DNA of 64,000 nucleotides from Promethearchaeota archaeon (GTDB taxonomy: Archaea; Asgardarchaeota; Lokiarchaeia; Sigyniarchaeales; SOKP01), in assembly GCA_048938445.1 (NCBI GenBank), contig JBHLME010000001.1, forward strand, positions 27,951 through 91,950, read 5' to 3'. Position 1 is the stretch's first letter. Each line of letters begins with the position of its first letter. The notes beneath the pieces were generated by a model. The model was not told the DNA's origin. It searched no databases and was given only the letters and a program-made list of their open reading frames with translations. The position numbers and the translations under genes are program-made. Shown here piece after piece: positions 39,977 through 50,148 of this stretch.

Positions 39977-41869
39977 TCATTTTTTTTCAAAAAAAAGTTC
40001 AAAAAATAATTCCTTTTCTCCAGCTGCAGGTGGAGTAACTTTGATATTACCAAATTTTTTAAAAATATGAATAGTATCCTTATTTTCTATATGAATGTTT
40101 CCAAAAAAACCTTTAACACCTTTCTCTTTAGCAATGATAATGAGATGGTTTAAAAGATAAGAACCTAAACCTCTCCCTCGCCAATCCTTTTTTATGATAA
40201 AACTAAATTCTGCCATATTAATTTTTTTATTGAGATGATAAGTTGCATCTCCAACCATTTCTTGATCGGCAAAATCACCAACAAAAGCTCCAATTGAAAA
40301 GGTATTTTCATAATCAATATTCACTTCATTTTGAGTTTTAGAATGGAGAAAATCTTTTTTCACTAAAAAAAAACGTAAGTACCTGTCTCTTTCATTTAAA
40401 GAATAATAAAGATCTTTTAATGATGTCTCATCTGTAGTCCTTAAAGGACGCACGTATATCTTTTCATTCTGTTTTGTCTTAAATATCGTCTCATATCGTC
40501 GAGGGTATACACATATATTCCCTTCTTCATCACATGCTAATATTTGATCGGAATAAATATAGTTCAGTTTCTTAGCTTCATCTAGAAGTTCTTGCCTAAA
40601 CTTCGGATGAGCCACGCAAATGAGTTCTAAAACCCGATCTCTTATGGTTTTACCATGTAAATAAGCAACACCCCATTCAGTAACAACGTAATGAACATCC
40701 GCTCTTGGAAAAATTACCCCTGCGCCCTTATCTAATTGAGGCACAATTTTCGATTTCTTTCCATTTAAACTTGTAGAAGGCATGACTATGATTGGTTTTC
40801 CACCTTTAGAAAGAGCAGCACCTCGCATAAAATCAACTGCATCACCAATACCAGAATAAAAATTATATCCTTTCGTTGATGCATTCACTTGACCTGTTAA
40901 ATCGATCTGAAATGCTTGACTTATTGATACCATCTTCTTATTTTTGCTTATAATATAAGGATTACAGACATAATCTGTCGGATAAAACTCGATATAAGGA
41001 TTGTTATTGATAAAATCAAATAATTTTTTTGATCCCAACGCGAAGCTAGTCACGATCTTTTCTGGATGATAATTTTTTTTCCTACACGTAAGCACACCAT
41101 TTTCTATTAAAGGTATTATATTATCTGTTATAAAATGACTATGCATTCCAAGATCTTTTTTATCCATCAAATATTTCAAACAAACATTGGGAATCGTTCC
41201 CATTCCTATGCTAATTGCTGATTTATTTTCAATTAAATTAGCTACATTCTCAGCAATTCTTTCAGATATGTCGCGTTCCTTAAATTGAAATTCTAATAAG
41301 GGAGTATCATTGTATATAAAAAAATCGATCTCTTTCATGTGAATCATACTATTTCCCGAGGTACTTGGCATCTGTGGATTAATCTCCGCTATTGTTAAAT
41401 ATGCAGATTGAGCTATTGGTTTTGAAGAATCTACATTTATTCCTAAGGAGCAAAATCCAAATCGGTCAGGAGGTGTAACTTGAATTAATGCTACATCAAC
41501 ATATTTTCTTCCTGAAAGAAATAGTGAAGGAATTTCACTTGCATAAATTGGGGTATAATCAGATTGTCCCTTATTAATCTCTTCTCGAAGTTCTGCACTT
41601 CCTATGAAAAACGCGTTATGCCTAAATTGATCTTCTGCTTTATCTTTAAAATATTTCTCAGGCCATATTGTTAGAAAATGGATAATTTCAGTATCAAGCA
41701 ACATCTCTGATTGTCTTATTAATTCCGAGGTGAGAGCTTGGGGTTCAGAACACCCCGTTCCAATGAAAACTCGATTTCCGGGAATAATCTTACTTATTGC
41801 TTCTTCTTTTGTAATTTCCTTATCTGCCCATTTTAATCTCCAATCATCTATCAATCCATTTTTATCCAT
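39977..41869 (-). CDS. Acetyl-CoA hydrolase/CoA-transferase domain fused to C-terminal Pat-type GNAT acetyltransferase
   Basis: 'PPDRFGFCSLG', 'IDLTGQVNA', 'SGIG...DF.RGA..S.GG', 'VVTEWG.A.L.GK'; GNAT 'RYLRFF', 'AEFSF....WRGRGLGS.L'. Confidence 0.9.
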   Translation of the reverse strand: MDKNGLIDDWRLKWADKEITKEEAISKIIPGNRVFIGTGCSEPQALTSELIRQSEMLLDTEIIHFLTIWPEKYFKDKAEDQFRHNAFFIGSAELREEINKGQSDYTPIYASEIPSLFLSGRKYVDVALIQVTPPDRFGFCSLGINVDSSKPIAQSAYLTIAEINPQMPSTSGNSMIHMKEIDFFIYNDTPLLEFQFKERDISERIAENVANLIENKSAISIGMGTIPNVCLKYLMDKKDLGMHSHFITDNIIPLIENGVLTCRKKNYHPEKIVTSFALGSKKLFDFINNNPYIEFYPTDYVCNPYIISKNKKMVSISQAFQIDLTGQVNASTKGYNFYSGIGDAVDFMRGAALSKGGKPIIVMPSTSLNGKKSKIVPQLDKGAGVIFPRADVHYVVTEWGVAYLHGKTIRDRVLELICVAHPKFRQELLDEAKKLNYIYSDQILACDEEGNICVYPRRYETIFKTKQNEKIYVRPLRTTDETSLKDLYYSLNERDRYLRFFLVKKDFLHSKTQNEVNIDYENTFSIGAFVGDFADQEMVGDATYHLNKKINMAEFSFIIKKDWRGRGLGSYLLNHLIIIAKEKGVKGFFGNIHIENKDTIHIFKKFGNIKVTPPAAGEKELFFELFFEKK

Positions 41870-42132
41870 ATTTTATCCCAGCTTCTATACATAAAAAAAA
41901 TTATATTAGTTATTGTTTCATTTCTTTAAAAAAATAACTATTAATTTTAGAATTTAATATTATTTTTCCTTTTTATTTCTTAATCTAATAAAATGGATTA
42001 ATGAATTTGTTCATCTTAATTAATGATTTATAATAAAAAACCTTATAATTTTTTCAATATTACAAATTACAATCAAAGTCAATGAAATGTAAAAATACCG
42101 TAAATACAAATAATACGAAAAAAGTGGAAGAA

Positions 42133-44103
42133 ATGTCTGAAGAAAAGAAAATGGAGTCAATCCTTAAAGAAGGACGTAAATTTGACCCAGTCGAGTTAAA
42201 TCCAGAATATGCAAAAACTGGAATGTCTTTTGAAGAATACAAAAAGTTATGGCAAGCATCAATTGAAGATATGGAAGCATTCTGGGGAGAACAAGCAAAA
42301 TCTATTGATTGGCTTAAACCATATGATAAAGTATGGGAAAAAACCGATCTCTTCCCTGGAAAATGGTTTGTTGGTGGAAAAACAAATGTTGCCTATAACT
42401 GTATTGATAGGCATATTAAAAATGGAAAAGGCAATGATGTTGCAATAATTTGGGAAGCTGATGAACCAGGAAATGTGAGAAAGTTTACTTTTAATGAACT
42501 TCAAAAAGAAGTCAGCAAGTGCGCAAATGGAATGAAAAAATTGGGCCTAAAAAAAGAGGATAGAGTTACAATCTGGCTTCCAATGATTCCTTCCTTAGCA
42601 ATCGTAATGCTAGCTTGTGCTCGCATTGGTGTTATCCATTCAATAGTTTTTGGTGGCTTTTCTAAAGAGGCTGTTAAAGATAGAATTGAAGATTCAAATT
42701 CACGCCTTCTATTCACGTGTGATGAAACATTACGTGCGGGAAAAATTTATCCTAAAATGTCAGATGTTGTTCAAATCATAGATGATTGTCCAACAATTGA
42801 GCATGTAATAGTAGTGAAACATACTGGAAACGATGTCCCTCATACTGATAAAGATATATGGTATGATGATTTTGTTTCAGGTGTTTCTGATGATTGTCCA
42901 TGTGAAGAAATGGATTCTGAAGATACACTCTTTATCCTTTATACAAGTGGAACAACTGGTAAACCTAAAGGAGTAAAACACACGACTGCAGGATATATAT
43001 TATATACATCTTTCACACATAGGTATGTATTTAATTATAAACCTGGGGATGTTTGGTATTGTACCGCAGATATTGGTTGGATTACAGGACATAGTTATAT
43101 CATATACGGTCCATTAGCTAATGGAGCAACAACATTAATGTTCGAAAGCGTTCCAACTTATCCAGATGTTGATCGTTTCTGGGATATTTGCGAAAAACAT
43201 AAAGTCACGCAATTTTATACTGCCCCAACTGCAATTCGTGCATTAATGAGAAATGGAGATGATCCTGTTAAAAAACATAATCTTAGTTCATTAAGAGTTT
43301 TAGGAACTGTGGGTGAACCAATTAATCCTGAAGCATGGATTTGGTACCACAATGTAGTTGGAAAGGGTAAATGTCCTATCGTTGATACATATTGGCAAAC
43401 TGAAACTGGTGGTTTTATCATGACCCCTATCGCAACAGCAACACCTACTAAACCAGGTTCTTGCTGTTTACCAGCCTTAGGTATCAAACCAGTCATCTTC
43501 GACATGGAAGGTGAGGAGATAACTGAAGCAAATGAAGGAGGTTACTTCTGCATGGCTCAACCATGGCCAGGAATGTTAAGAGATGTATGGGGTGATACTG
43601 AAAGATTCAAATCAACTTATTTATCCAGATATCCAGGTTATTACTATACCGGTGATGGTTGTAGGAGAGATGAGGATGGATATTATTGGATTTTAGGAAG
43701 ATTGGATGATGTCATTAAAGTATCTGGTCATAGAATTGGAACAATGGAAGTAGAATCAGCAATCGTTAGTCATCCAAAAGTCGCTGAAGCAGCTGTTGCA
43801 CCATTCCCTCATGAAATTAAAGGACAAGCAATTTGGGCTTATGTAACTTTAATGGGAGGTGTTGAAAAAACCGATGATTTAGCAAAAGAAATCAAGATGC
43901 ATGTCAGGACTGAAATAGGACCTGTTTTCCAACCTGATGTCGTTCAATTTGCTGATGCCTTGCCAAAGACCAGAAGTGGAAAGATCATGCGAAGAATCTT
44001 GAAAGCTATTGCGTCGGGTGAAGACGTAGGAAATACGACCACTTTAGCTGATCCATCCGTAGTTGATGACCTCCTAGAAGCAAGAAAGCACATTAAGATT
44101 TAA
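42133..44103 (+). CDS. acs: AMP-forming acetyl-CoA synthetase
   Basis: 'YTSGTTGKPKG', 'ADIGWITGHSY', 'DTYWQTETG', 'LPKTRSGKIMRR'; ATG 42133 preferred (track starts at 42082). Confidence 0.97.
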   Translation: MSEEKKMESILKEGRKFDPVELNPEYAKTGMSFEEYKKLWQASIEDMEAFWGEQAKSIDWLKPYDKVWEKTDLFPGKWFVGGKTNVAYNCIDRHIKNGKGNDVAIIWEADEPGNVRKFTFNELQKEVSKCANGMKKLGLKKEDRVTIWLPMIPSLAIVMLACARIGVIHSIVFGGFSKEAVKDRIEDSNSRLLFTCDETLRAGKIYPKMSDVVQIIDDCPTIEHVIVVKHTGNDVPHTDKDIWYDDFVSGVSDDCPCEEMDSEDTLFILYTSGTTGKPKGVKHTTAGYILYTSFTHRYVFNYKPGDVWYCTADIGWITGHSYIIYGPLANGATTLMFESVPTYPDVDRFWDICEKHKVTQFYTAPTAIRALMRNGDDPVKKHNLSSLRVLGTVGEPINPEAWIWYHNVVGKGKCPIVDTYWQTETGGFIMTPIATATPTKPGSCCLPALGIKPVIFDMEGEEITEANEGGYFCMAQPWPGMLRDVWGDTERFKSTYLSRYPGYYYTGDGCRRDEDGYYWILGRLDDVIKVSGHRIGTMEVESAIVSHPKVAEAAVAPFPHEIKGQAIWAYVTLMGGVEKTDDLAKEIKMHVRTEIGPVFQPDVVQFADALPKTRSGKIMRRILKAIASGEDVGNTTTLADPSVVDDLLEARKHIKI

Positions 44104-44240
44104 ATTTTTTAACTTTATTTTTGTTTTTTTTATTAATATTTTTATTTATAACATTTTTAATGATTCATTATCATTCTACTTTAATTAATAATGATACATA
44201 TTTAGTGATTAATCATTTTTAATCTTGAAGACATACTGGA

Positions 44241-44525
44241 ATGGGTAACAAATTAATAATGAAAAAAATTGTTAACATGATTTTATTTCATTGTGCTAAA
44301 GGAGCAACTGGATGTGAGAAATGTAAAGCACTAGCTGCACAAGGAGAAAAATATTGTTTAATAAATCTTGAACCTAGAGGTGGAATTATTTCTCGACCGA
44401 TGGTAAATCTAAATAATAAAGGTGAAGATATCTGGTATGAATATGACATAATTAATATCTTTGAAAATGAAAAGGAAGCACGCGATTATTCTAAAAAAAA
44501 TGATATTGAAATAATAAAAAGATAG
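44241..44525 (+). CDS. Hypothetical protein with HC..C..C motif
   Basis: 94-aa ORF, 'FHC....GCEKC'. Confidence 0.55.
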   Translation: MGNKLIMKKIVNMILFHCAKGATGCEKCKALAAQGEKYCLINLEPRGGIISRPMVNLNNKGEDIWYEYDIINIFENEKEARDYSKKNDIEIIKR

Positions 44526-44688
44526 AAATTTCACATAAAGTAAGTCAATACATAATATTTAACTTGTAAACGAAAAAACCACAATTTAGTTATTAAATTA
44601 AACAGATAAATATATCAACTTAGATTTTATTTGATTCTTTGGAACCATTTAGTATGACAATTCCAAAAAATATTTTATTTAAACTTAA

Positions 44689-45639
44689 ATGGGGATTAAA
44701 AGGACTCATAATTATATAAATGGAATCGATATTAATCTAGACTGTGGTTCAAATTGCTGTGAAGAACCACATATAGTCAATATTAAAGGAGAAAAAACAT
44801 GTACTAATTGTGGTGTAATTTCTGGTTTAGACATAGTTGGTATTGAAAGACGAGCATATTCTGAGGAAGAGGTTAACGAAAGAAGGCATCATGAACCAAC
44901 TTGGAGAGTTTTTGGTCCTAGAACCATAATTCCTATAAATAAGAAAGATTTTAAAAACGAATCAATTAATTCAAAAAATTCAACATTATTTTCCCGGTTA
45001 TCAAAGATTCAAAATTCTGTTATCAATAGTCTTGAAAGGAACTATTGGGAAGCCCTTCCTAAGTTAAAAATGCTTTCTTTAAAACTAAATTTACCACCTC
45101 ATATTAAAGAACTTGCTTGGAGGATATACACAATCGCTGCTCAAAAAAAGCTTACGATAGGGAGGTCTATAGATGGATTTATTGTTGCTTCTATATATGC
45201 AGCAATAAGAATTCATGAATTTCCCAAAATTCTTCAAGAAGTATGTGAAGCTTTAATGACAAAAAGACATGGAGTTATCATTTCCTTAAGCTTAATTATA
45301 AAAAAAGTTTTACCAGAATTAGGATTAAAATATAAACCAATTACAGCTGAAACACTTATATGTCGTTTTTCTAATGAAATGGGGTTACCAATGAATATAC
45401 AGAAAGAAGCAAGGGATATTCTTGAAATAGCAACAATAAATGGATTAGAAAGAAGCGGTAAGAATCCAAAAGGTTTAGCTGCTTCTGCGATCTATACTGC
45501 TATAAAGCGTAACAATTTAAAATTTTCGCAGAAATATATTTCTGATATAGCAAATATTACAGAAGTCACTTTAAGGAGTCGAACCAAACAGATAGAAAAT
45601 CGTTTAAAAACTGATAACACAAATTCAAGTAAATATTGA
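44689..45639 (+). CDS. tfb: Transcription initiation factor IIB paralogue
   Basis: Zn ribbon CC..CTNCG, two cyclin repeats, 'GRSI', 'GKNPKGLAASAIY', 'ITEVTLRSR'. Confidence 0.92.
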   Translation: MGIKRTHNYINGIDINLDCGSNCCEEPHIVNIKGEKTCTNCGVISGLDIVGIERRAYSEEEVNERRHHEPTWRVFGPRTIIPINKKDFKNESINSKNSTLFSRLSKIQNSVINSLERNYWEALPKLKMLSLKLNLPPHIKELAWRIYTIAAQKKLTIGRSIDGFIVASIYAAIRIHEFPKILQEVCEALMTKRHGVIISLSLIIKKVLPELGLKYKPITAETLICRFSNEMGLPMNIQKEARDILEIATINGLERSGKNPKGLAASAIYTAIKRNNLKFSQKYISDIANITEVTLRSRTKQIENRLKTDNTNSSKY

Positions 45640-45770
45640 TTTTACCAATTATAAATAGCAGTAATAAGATGGTTATAACTTATAATTAATAAAAATAAGA
45701 AGATCATATTCTTATTAAATTACTAAGAATTTAGATTTAGATGATAAATTTTATAATTGTCTATTAAAAA

Positions 45771-45989
45771 ATGACCAATATTAAAAGATGGGAAGATTCA
45801 GAACATTGGGTAGAGATAGATTTGGATCAATGCACTGGCATGGCAGTATGTGTTGAAATATGTCCTGCAGAAGTTTATGATCTCGTAGATGGAAAGGTAA
45901 TAGCTGAAAATATCGGAGAATGTACCGATTGCATGGCATGTCTTGACGCATGCCCCACAGATGCTATTTTAAAACATTCAGCATGGTAA
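45771..45989 (+). CDS. Ferredoxin (3Fe-4S/4Fe-4S type)
   Basis: CTGMAVCVEICP and CTDCMACLDACP. Confidence 0.9.
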   Translation: MTNIKRWEDSEHWVEIDLDQCTGMAVCVEICPAEVYDLVDGKVIAENIGECTDCMACLDACPTDAILKHSAW

Positions 45990-46021
45990 AAATAATTAAA
46001 TAAAAAAAAGTTTTAATATAT

Positions 46022-46609
46022 TTATTTTTTCATTGTGTTTGTAAAAACCATCTCATTGCTAATGACTTGCCACGTTCTCCAACCATTATTTACCTTTTTT
46101 TTTAATTCCTCAATAAAAGCAGTGTAGCCTATTTCGCGACATTTTTTTAAGTTATTAACCGTGTCTCTATCATATCGAGAACATAGTAATTGAGTCATCG
46201 TTCCTTTATCTGCCATTGGCATTGTATTTGGAGTCACCTGTGGACAAGGAGTTTCAGAATCCACATCGTATTCATTACATTCAGCACAGGTCCAAAAATC
46301 CTTGGATTTGACACACTGAGCAATACCACAGAATTGTGACATGGGGCTTCCAATAAAACATCCAGGGCATTTTCCTTGATCTGATTTTATCACATTGTCT
46401 ATAACCTTTAAAGTAGTCTCAACATCGTTAGGATTTAAACGTATTACCATTGCTGTATCTAATAGATTACTACCTTCCCAAATGGCTTTAAGCTTTTTTG
46501 CAGCTTCAATACCTTCTCCTACATGACTATCACATCCAAGACAAGCGATTCCGCAAGGCGAGAGAACTCCTCTATCTTCTTCTTTTACATCTTCTAATTT
46601 TAGATTCAT
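46022..46609 (-). CDS. DUF3795-like Cys-rich protein
   Basis: 'PCGIACLGC', 'CPGC', 'C.IAQC......CAEC'. Confidence 0.75.
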   Translation of the reverse strand: MNLKLEDVKEEDRGVLSPCGIACLGCDSHVGEGIEAAKKLKAIWEGSNLLDTAMVIRLNPNDVETTLKVIDNVIKSDQGKCPGCFIGSPMSQFCGIAQCVKSKDFWTCAECNEYDVDSETPCPQVTPNTMPMADKGTMTQLLCSRYDRDTVNNLKKCREIGYTAFIEELKKKVNNGWRTWQVISNEMVFTNTMKK

Positions 46610-46864
46610 TAGATTTCACTATTTTATAGTAGTTTATATTTATTAATTGTATGTAATGTTTTATCATATAAGTCGTTAGCAATTTTGTGATTTATTTAAT
46701 GCTATTTTTTTTGAAGATACTACTTTCAAACATCTATACTTTTCTAATTTTTTTTATTAATTTTATATTTCAAAAAATTGTAAAATCGGACTCCCTTTCT
46801 TATAAATAACAATCTTAATTTTCTTTATATAATTAACAAATCGTTAATTCAAAAGGGAAGAAGA

Positions 46865-47326
46865 ATGGAGAATAAAACTTTAATTGCATACAAAACAAAA
46901 AATGGAGTTACTCGAGAAAATGCCCAAATTATCGGTGATGTGTTAAAAACGAATCATGGGCTTGATGTAGATATAATAAACTTGAAAAATAACTCCAATA
47001 TAGATATTAGTGAATATCATAACGTTCTTGTTGGGTATGGCGTGATGGCTCAGAGAGCGTATGGAAAATCAATGAAATTTTTAAAAAATAATGATTTTTC
47101 AAATAAAAATTTAGCCGTATTTTTCTCCTCTTTAGAAGCGGGAGGAGTAAAAAGTCATGATGAAGCAATTGAGAAGTACGTTAAAAAAAAAATCCTAAAT
47201 AAATTTCACCTAGATCTAATAGCATATGAAGGTTTTGGTGGAAGGGGGCTTAAACAGGATTTAACAAACCCCGATAAAGTAAGAGAATGGGCAGATCAAT
47301 TAGGAATTAAGCTAAAAAATTCTTAA
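46865..47326 (+). CDS. Flavodoxin-domain protein (Flavodoxin_5/HemG-like)
   Basis: 'LIAY.TKNG.T...A..I', 'FGGR', 'VREWA'. Confidence 0.85.
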   Translation: MENKTLIAYKTKNGVTRENAQIIGDVLKTNHGLDVDIINLKNNSNIDISEYHNVLVGYGVMAQRAYGKSMKFLKNNDFSNKNLAVFFSSLEAGGVKSHDEAIEKYVKKKILNKFHLDLIAYEGFGGRGLKQDLTNPDKVREWADQLGIKLKNS

Positions 47327-47813
47327 ATCCTTTATTTTTTCTTAATATTATATATAAAAACGTTCATTTATTTTATAATTAATATAATTTTTTTTCTATA
47401 CAACTAAATGCATTAATAATATATTAAAATTTAATATATAGTTAATAATGTTAAAGATTTACCAAGTTTTGAAGATTTAATTAAAAGAGTTAACATTTAG
47501 AAATTAAATAAGATTTTTATCTAAAAATTCTTCTTAAATCCGAAAAAATTAAATATTTGATCTTTTATTATAATTATAGATTTAAAAATGTTTTGACATC
47601 TTCCTATCTCAAATTTTTCATTAGATTGATTTTAATTTTAATTTTTAACCTCTGATAGTGAAGAAAATATAAAATTAATACCTTATATAAGAAATAGATA
47701 CTTGGATTTCGAAGTTTTCCTCACTGAGGTAAAAATTAAATAATCTTTTAATGAATAATAAGAAAAAATAGGTATTTAATATTGATTAATTTAATATAAA
47801 AAAAGATGATAAA

Positions 47814-48074
47814 TTGGGAAATTCGGAATATTTCATAAAAAGAGTATATGAACTCATTGGAGAATTAAAAATTCCTTTAATTGATGAAATAATATATGAT
47901 GATGTAAAAATAAAATCACCAGCTATGGAAATCAAACTTAACTTTGAACAAGATGAAGCAATTATTCGTGGATTTTTAGGTTTAGCTGATTATTTTCACT
48001 CAATCGTGTTGAAAAAAAAGGATAGATTTTATATTCCCCAAGATGATATATTGTTCACATTAGAGAGTAATTAA
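47814..48074 (+). CDS. Hypothetical protein
   Basis: 86-aa ORF, 'IIRGFLGLADYFHS'. Confidence 0.6.
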   Translation: MGNSEYFIKRVYELIGELKIPLIDEIIYDDVKIKSPAMEIKLNFEQDEAIIRGFLGLADYFHSIVLKKKDRFYIPQDDILFTLESN

Positions 48075-48125
48075 TTCATTTTTATTTAAGAATTTCTTCA
48101 TAAAAAGAATATTGGAGGTGTTTAA

Positions 48126-48455
48126 ATGAAATATAAGCGGAAAAATAGGAATTTAATAAAAAATAAAGAAGAAAAAAAGAAATTTATACAATTAAATGAA
48201 GAAAGTAAGGTGAAAATGAATAATCACATTAAAAATAAGAGAGATTTTGAAAATAATTTTTATGATCTTGAATATTTTAGAAATAATCCCACTCATAAGA
48301 ATTTTTATGAGAGATATAAAGATATATCGTTAATGAAGAGTCCAAATATTCCTAAATTAGAGGATAACGAGAAACGAAAAGAAATTTTTATAGAAATCTC
48401 TGAAAGTCTTAATTCAATTAAAAATGAATACAAGAAAAAATCAAAAAATGAATGA
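48126..48455 (+). CDS. Basic hypothetical protein
   Basis: GGAGGTG SD directly upstream; K/N/E-rich. Confidence 0.55.
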   Translation: MKYKRKNRNLIKNKEEKKKFIQLNEESKVKMNNHIKNKRDFENNFYDLEYFRNNPTHKNFYERYKDISLMKSPNIPKLEDNEKRKEIFIEISESLNSIKNEYKKKSKNE

Positions 48456-48505
48456 TTCGATCTATAGAACAATAATTTTTAAAAATTTTTAAATAAGAAA
48501 AAAAG

Positions 48506-48829
48506 GTGATAAATATTTCAAAATATTTTTGTAAGAAGTGTAAAAGATTCCACTATCATGGTAAAATCTATGAAGATCATTTAAAATATAATGATAAAGA
48601 AAAAAATAAAAAAAATATCTCAAAAAATCTGAATTTAAAATCGAGGAAAGAGAATAAAATCCAAAATAAAAAAGTAATGGACTTCAATTATGATGACCTT
48701 AGACCCATAGCAAAAAGGCAAATCGATAAACTATTCAATAAAATGAGAACTACACACAATAATGACTTATACGTTTTTCAAATAAATAAATTAATTATAC
48801 ATGAACAAAATCGCGGAAAAAAAGGGTGA
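48506..48829 (+). CDS. Small basic protein with CxxC-x3-H-x8-H Zn motif
   Basis: 'YFCKKCKRFHYHGKIYEDH'. Confidence 0.6.
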   Translation: MINISKYFCKKCKRFHYHGKIYEDHLKYNDKEKNKKNISKNLNLKSRKENKIQNKKVMDFNYDDLRPIAKRQIDKLFNKMRTTHNNDLYVFQINKLIIHEQNRGKKG

Positions 48830-49496
48830 AAGCGTGAATAAATTATTAGAGAACCTTTGGCAAGAAAAAATAGAGATTATTACATCAGAAAACTTAAAAG
48901 AAATATCAAAAAAATTTTACTATAATTATGAGACCATTATTAATTACTTGATTAAAAAAGAACAAATACTGAAAATTTTCGATAATATATACTATGTGAA
49001 AAGCCCTAATGAAGTTCGTTCAAGAGATTTTAAATTAAAATATAATCCACTCGAATTACTTTCAAAAGGTCTTGAATTTAAAAATAATACTAAGTGGTAT
49101 TTTGGTTTACATACTGCTTTAAGGCACCACGGTATTTCAATTACCGAAAATAAAGACGATTATCTGCTAAGTGAAAATTCTCTATTTAAAACGAAAAAAA
49201 TAAATTTATTGGGAAAAAATATTACTTCTCTTATTTTTAAGTCAAATTTATTTCAATTTGGTATAATAAAAAATGATATTCGATATTCTGACCTTGAAAA
49301 GACGTTTCTCGATTTTATTTATTTATGGAAGTATAAGAACATCCCTAATCATAAAATTATTTCAAAATTAGAAAAGTACCACAATATACTTTCTCAAGAA
49401 ATAATCAATGAATATGCTATCTATTATCCAAGTAACGTCATAAAATTAATTGAAGAATTCTTTAATGTTAATAATAAAGTAAAAAAAAGATATTAA
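48801..49496 (+). CDS. AbiEi/type IV antitoxin-like wHTH protein
   Basis: 'IYYV', 'WYFGLHTAL..HG', 'YSDLEKTFLDFIY' pattern of the AbiEi/COG5340 family. Confidence 0.7.
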   Translation: MNKIAEKKGESVNKLLENLWQEKIEIITSENLKEISKKFYYNYETIINYLIKKEQILKIFDNIYYVKSPNEVRSRDFKLKYNPLELLSKGLEFKNNTKWYFGLHTALRHHGISITENKDDYLLSENSLFKTKKINLLGKNITSLIFKSNLFQFGIIKNDIRYSDLEKTFLDFIYLWKYKNIPNHKIISKLEKYHNILSQEIINEYAIYYPSNVIKLIEEFFNVNNKVKKRY

Positions 49497-49502
49497 AATT
49501 AT

Positions 49503-49946
49503 TTAAGCTTTCTGGATTACATCCATATCCTTTTTATATGCTTCAGGAATGCCACCAGCAATGAGATGGTTGACATAAGCTTTTAAACTTTTTAAAAAAA
49601 AATCTCCCGCGATTTTCAGAACAGCAGTTTGGGATTCATCCTCGAAAGTCGCCCAGAGTGTTACTTCAGACCCAATACCTTTTGGTTCTACAATATAACC
49701 TATGGATTCCATTGGACTTCCTTCTTGGTCAGATGTTATGCTCTTATTTGGTACTCTTTCAGTAACTATATTTGTAACATCCCCTACATTCGTTTTTAAA
49801 AAGTATTTATCATCTCCAAGGTCAGTTATCTCATTTACAACGATATTCCATCGAGGTAATGTCATTAAATCCGCTAAAATTTCATACACTTTTTCTATGG
49901 ACATGTCTAAATCTTTTTTTAAATCAATCCTTGCCACATCAGTCAA
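49503..49946 (-). CDS. SRPBCC/START family protein
   Basis: 'SIEKVYEILAD...LPRWN', 'TERVPNKSI', 'L..LKAY'. Confidence 0.8.
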   Translation of the reverse strand: MTDVARIDLKKDLDMSIEKVYEILADLMTLPRWNIVVNEITDLGDDKYFLKTNVGDVTNIVTERVPNKSITSDQEGSPMESIGYIVEPKGIGSEVTLWATFEDESQTAVLKIAGDFFLKSLKAYVNHLIAGGIPEAYKKDMDVIQKA

Positions 49947-50148
49947 CTCTTTGTAAATTCTTTAAAACCGAATTAATAATGTAATTAATATAAAACAATT
50001 TATAAATTCAATTACAACTAATGTCGTAGGAAGAAGATAAACTAAATGAGAAAATTTACATTAAATGTGCTTTTTCAATATGGATCAATTTCACAACGAC
50101 GATATTATTTAAAATTTGTTTGAAAATCCTTTTGCGGAAGTTAATATT

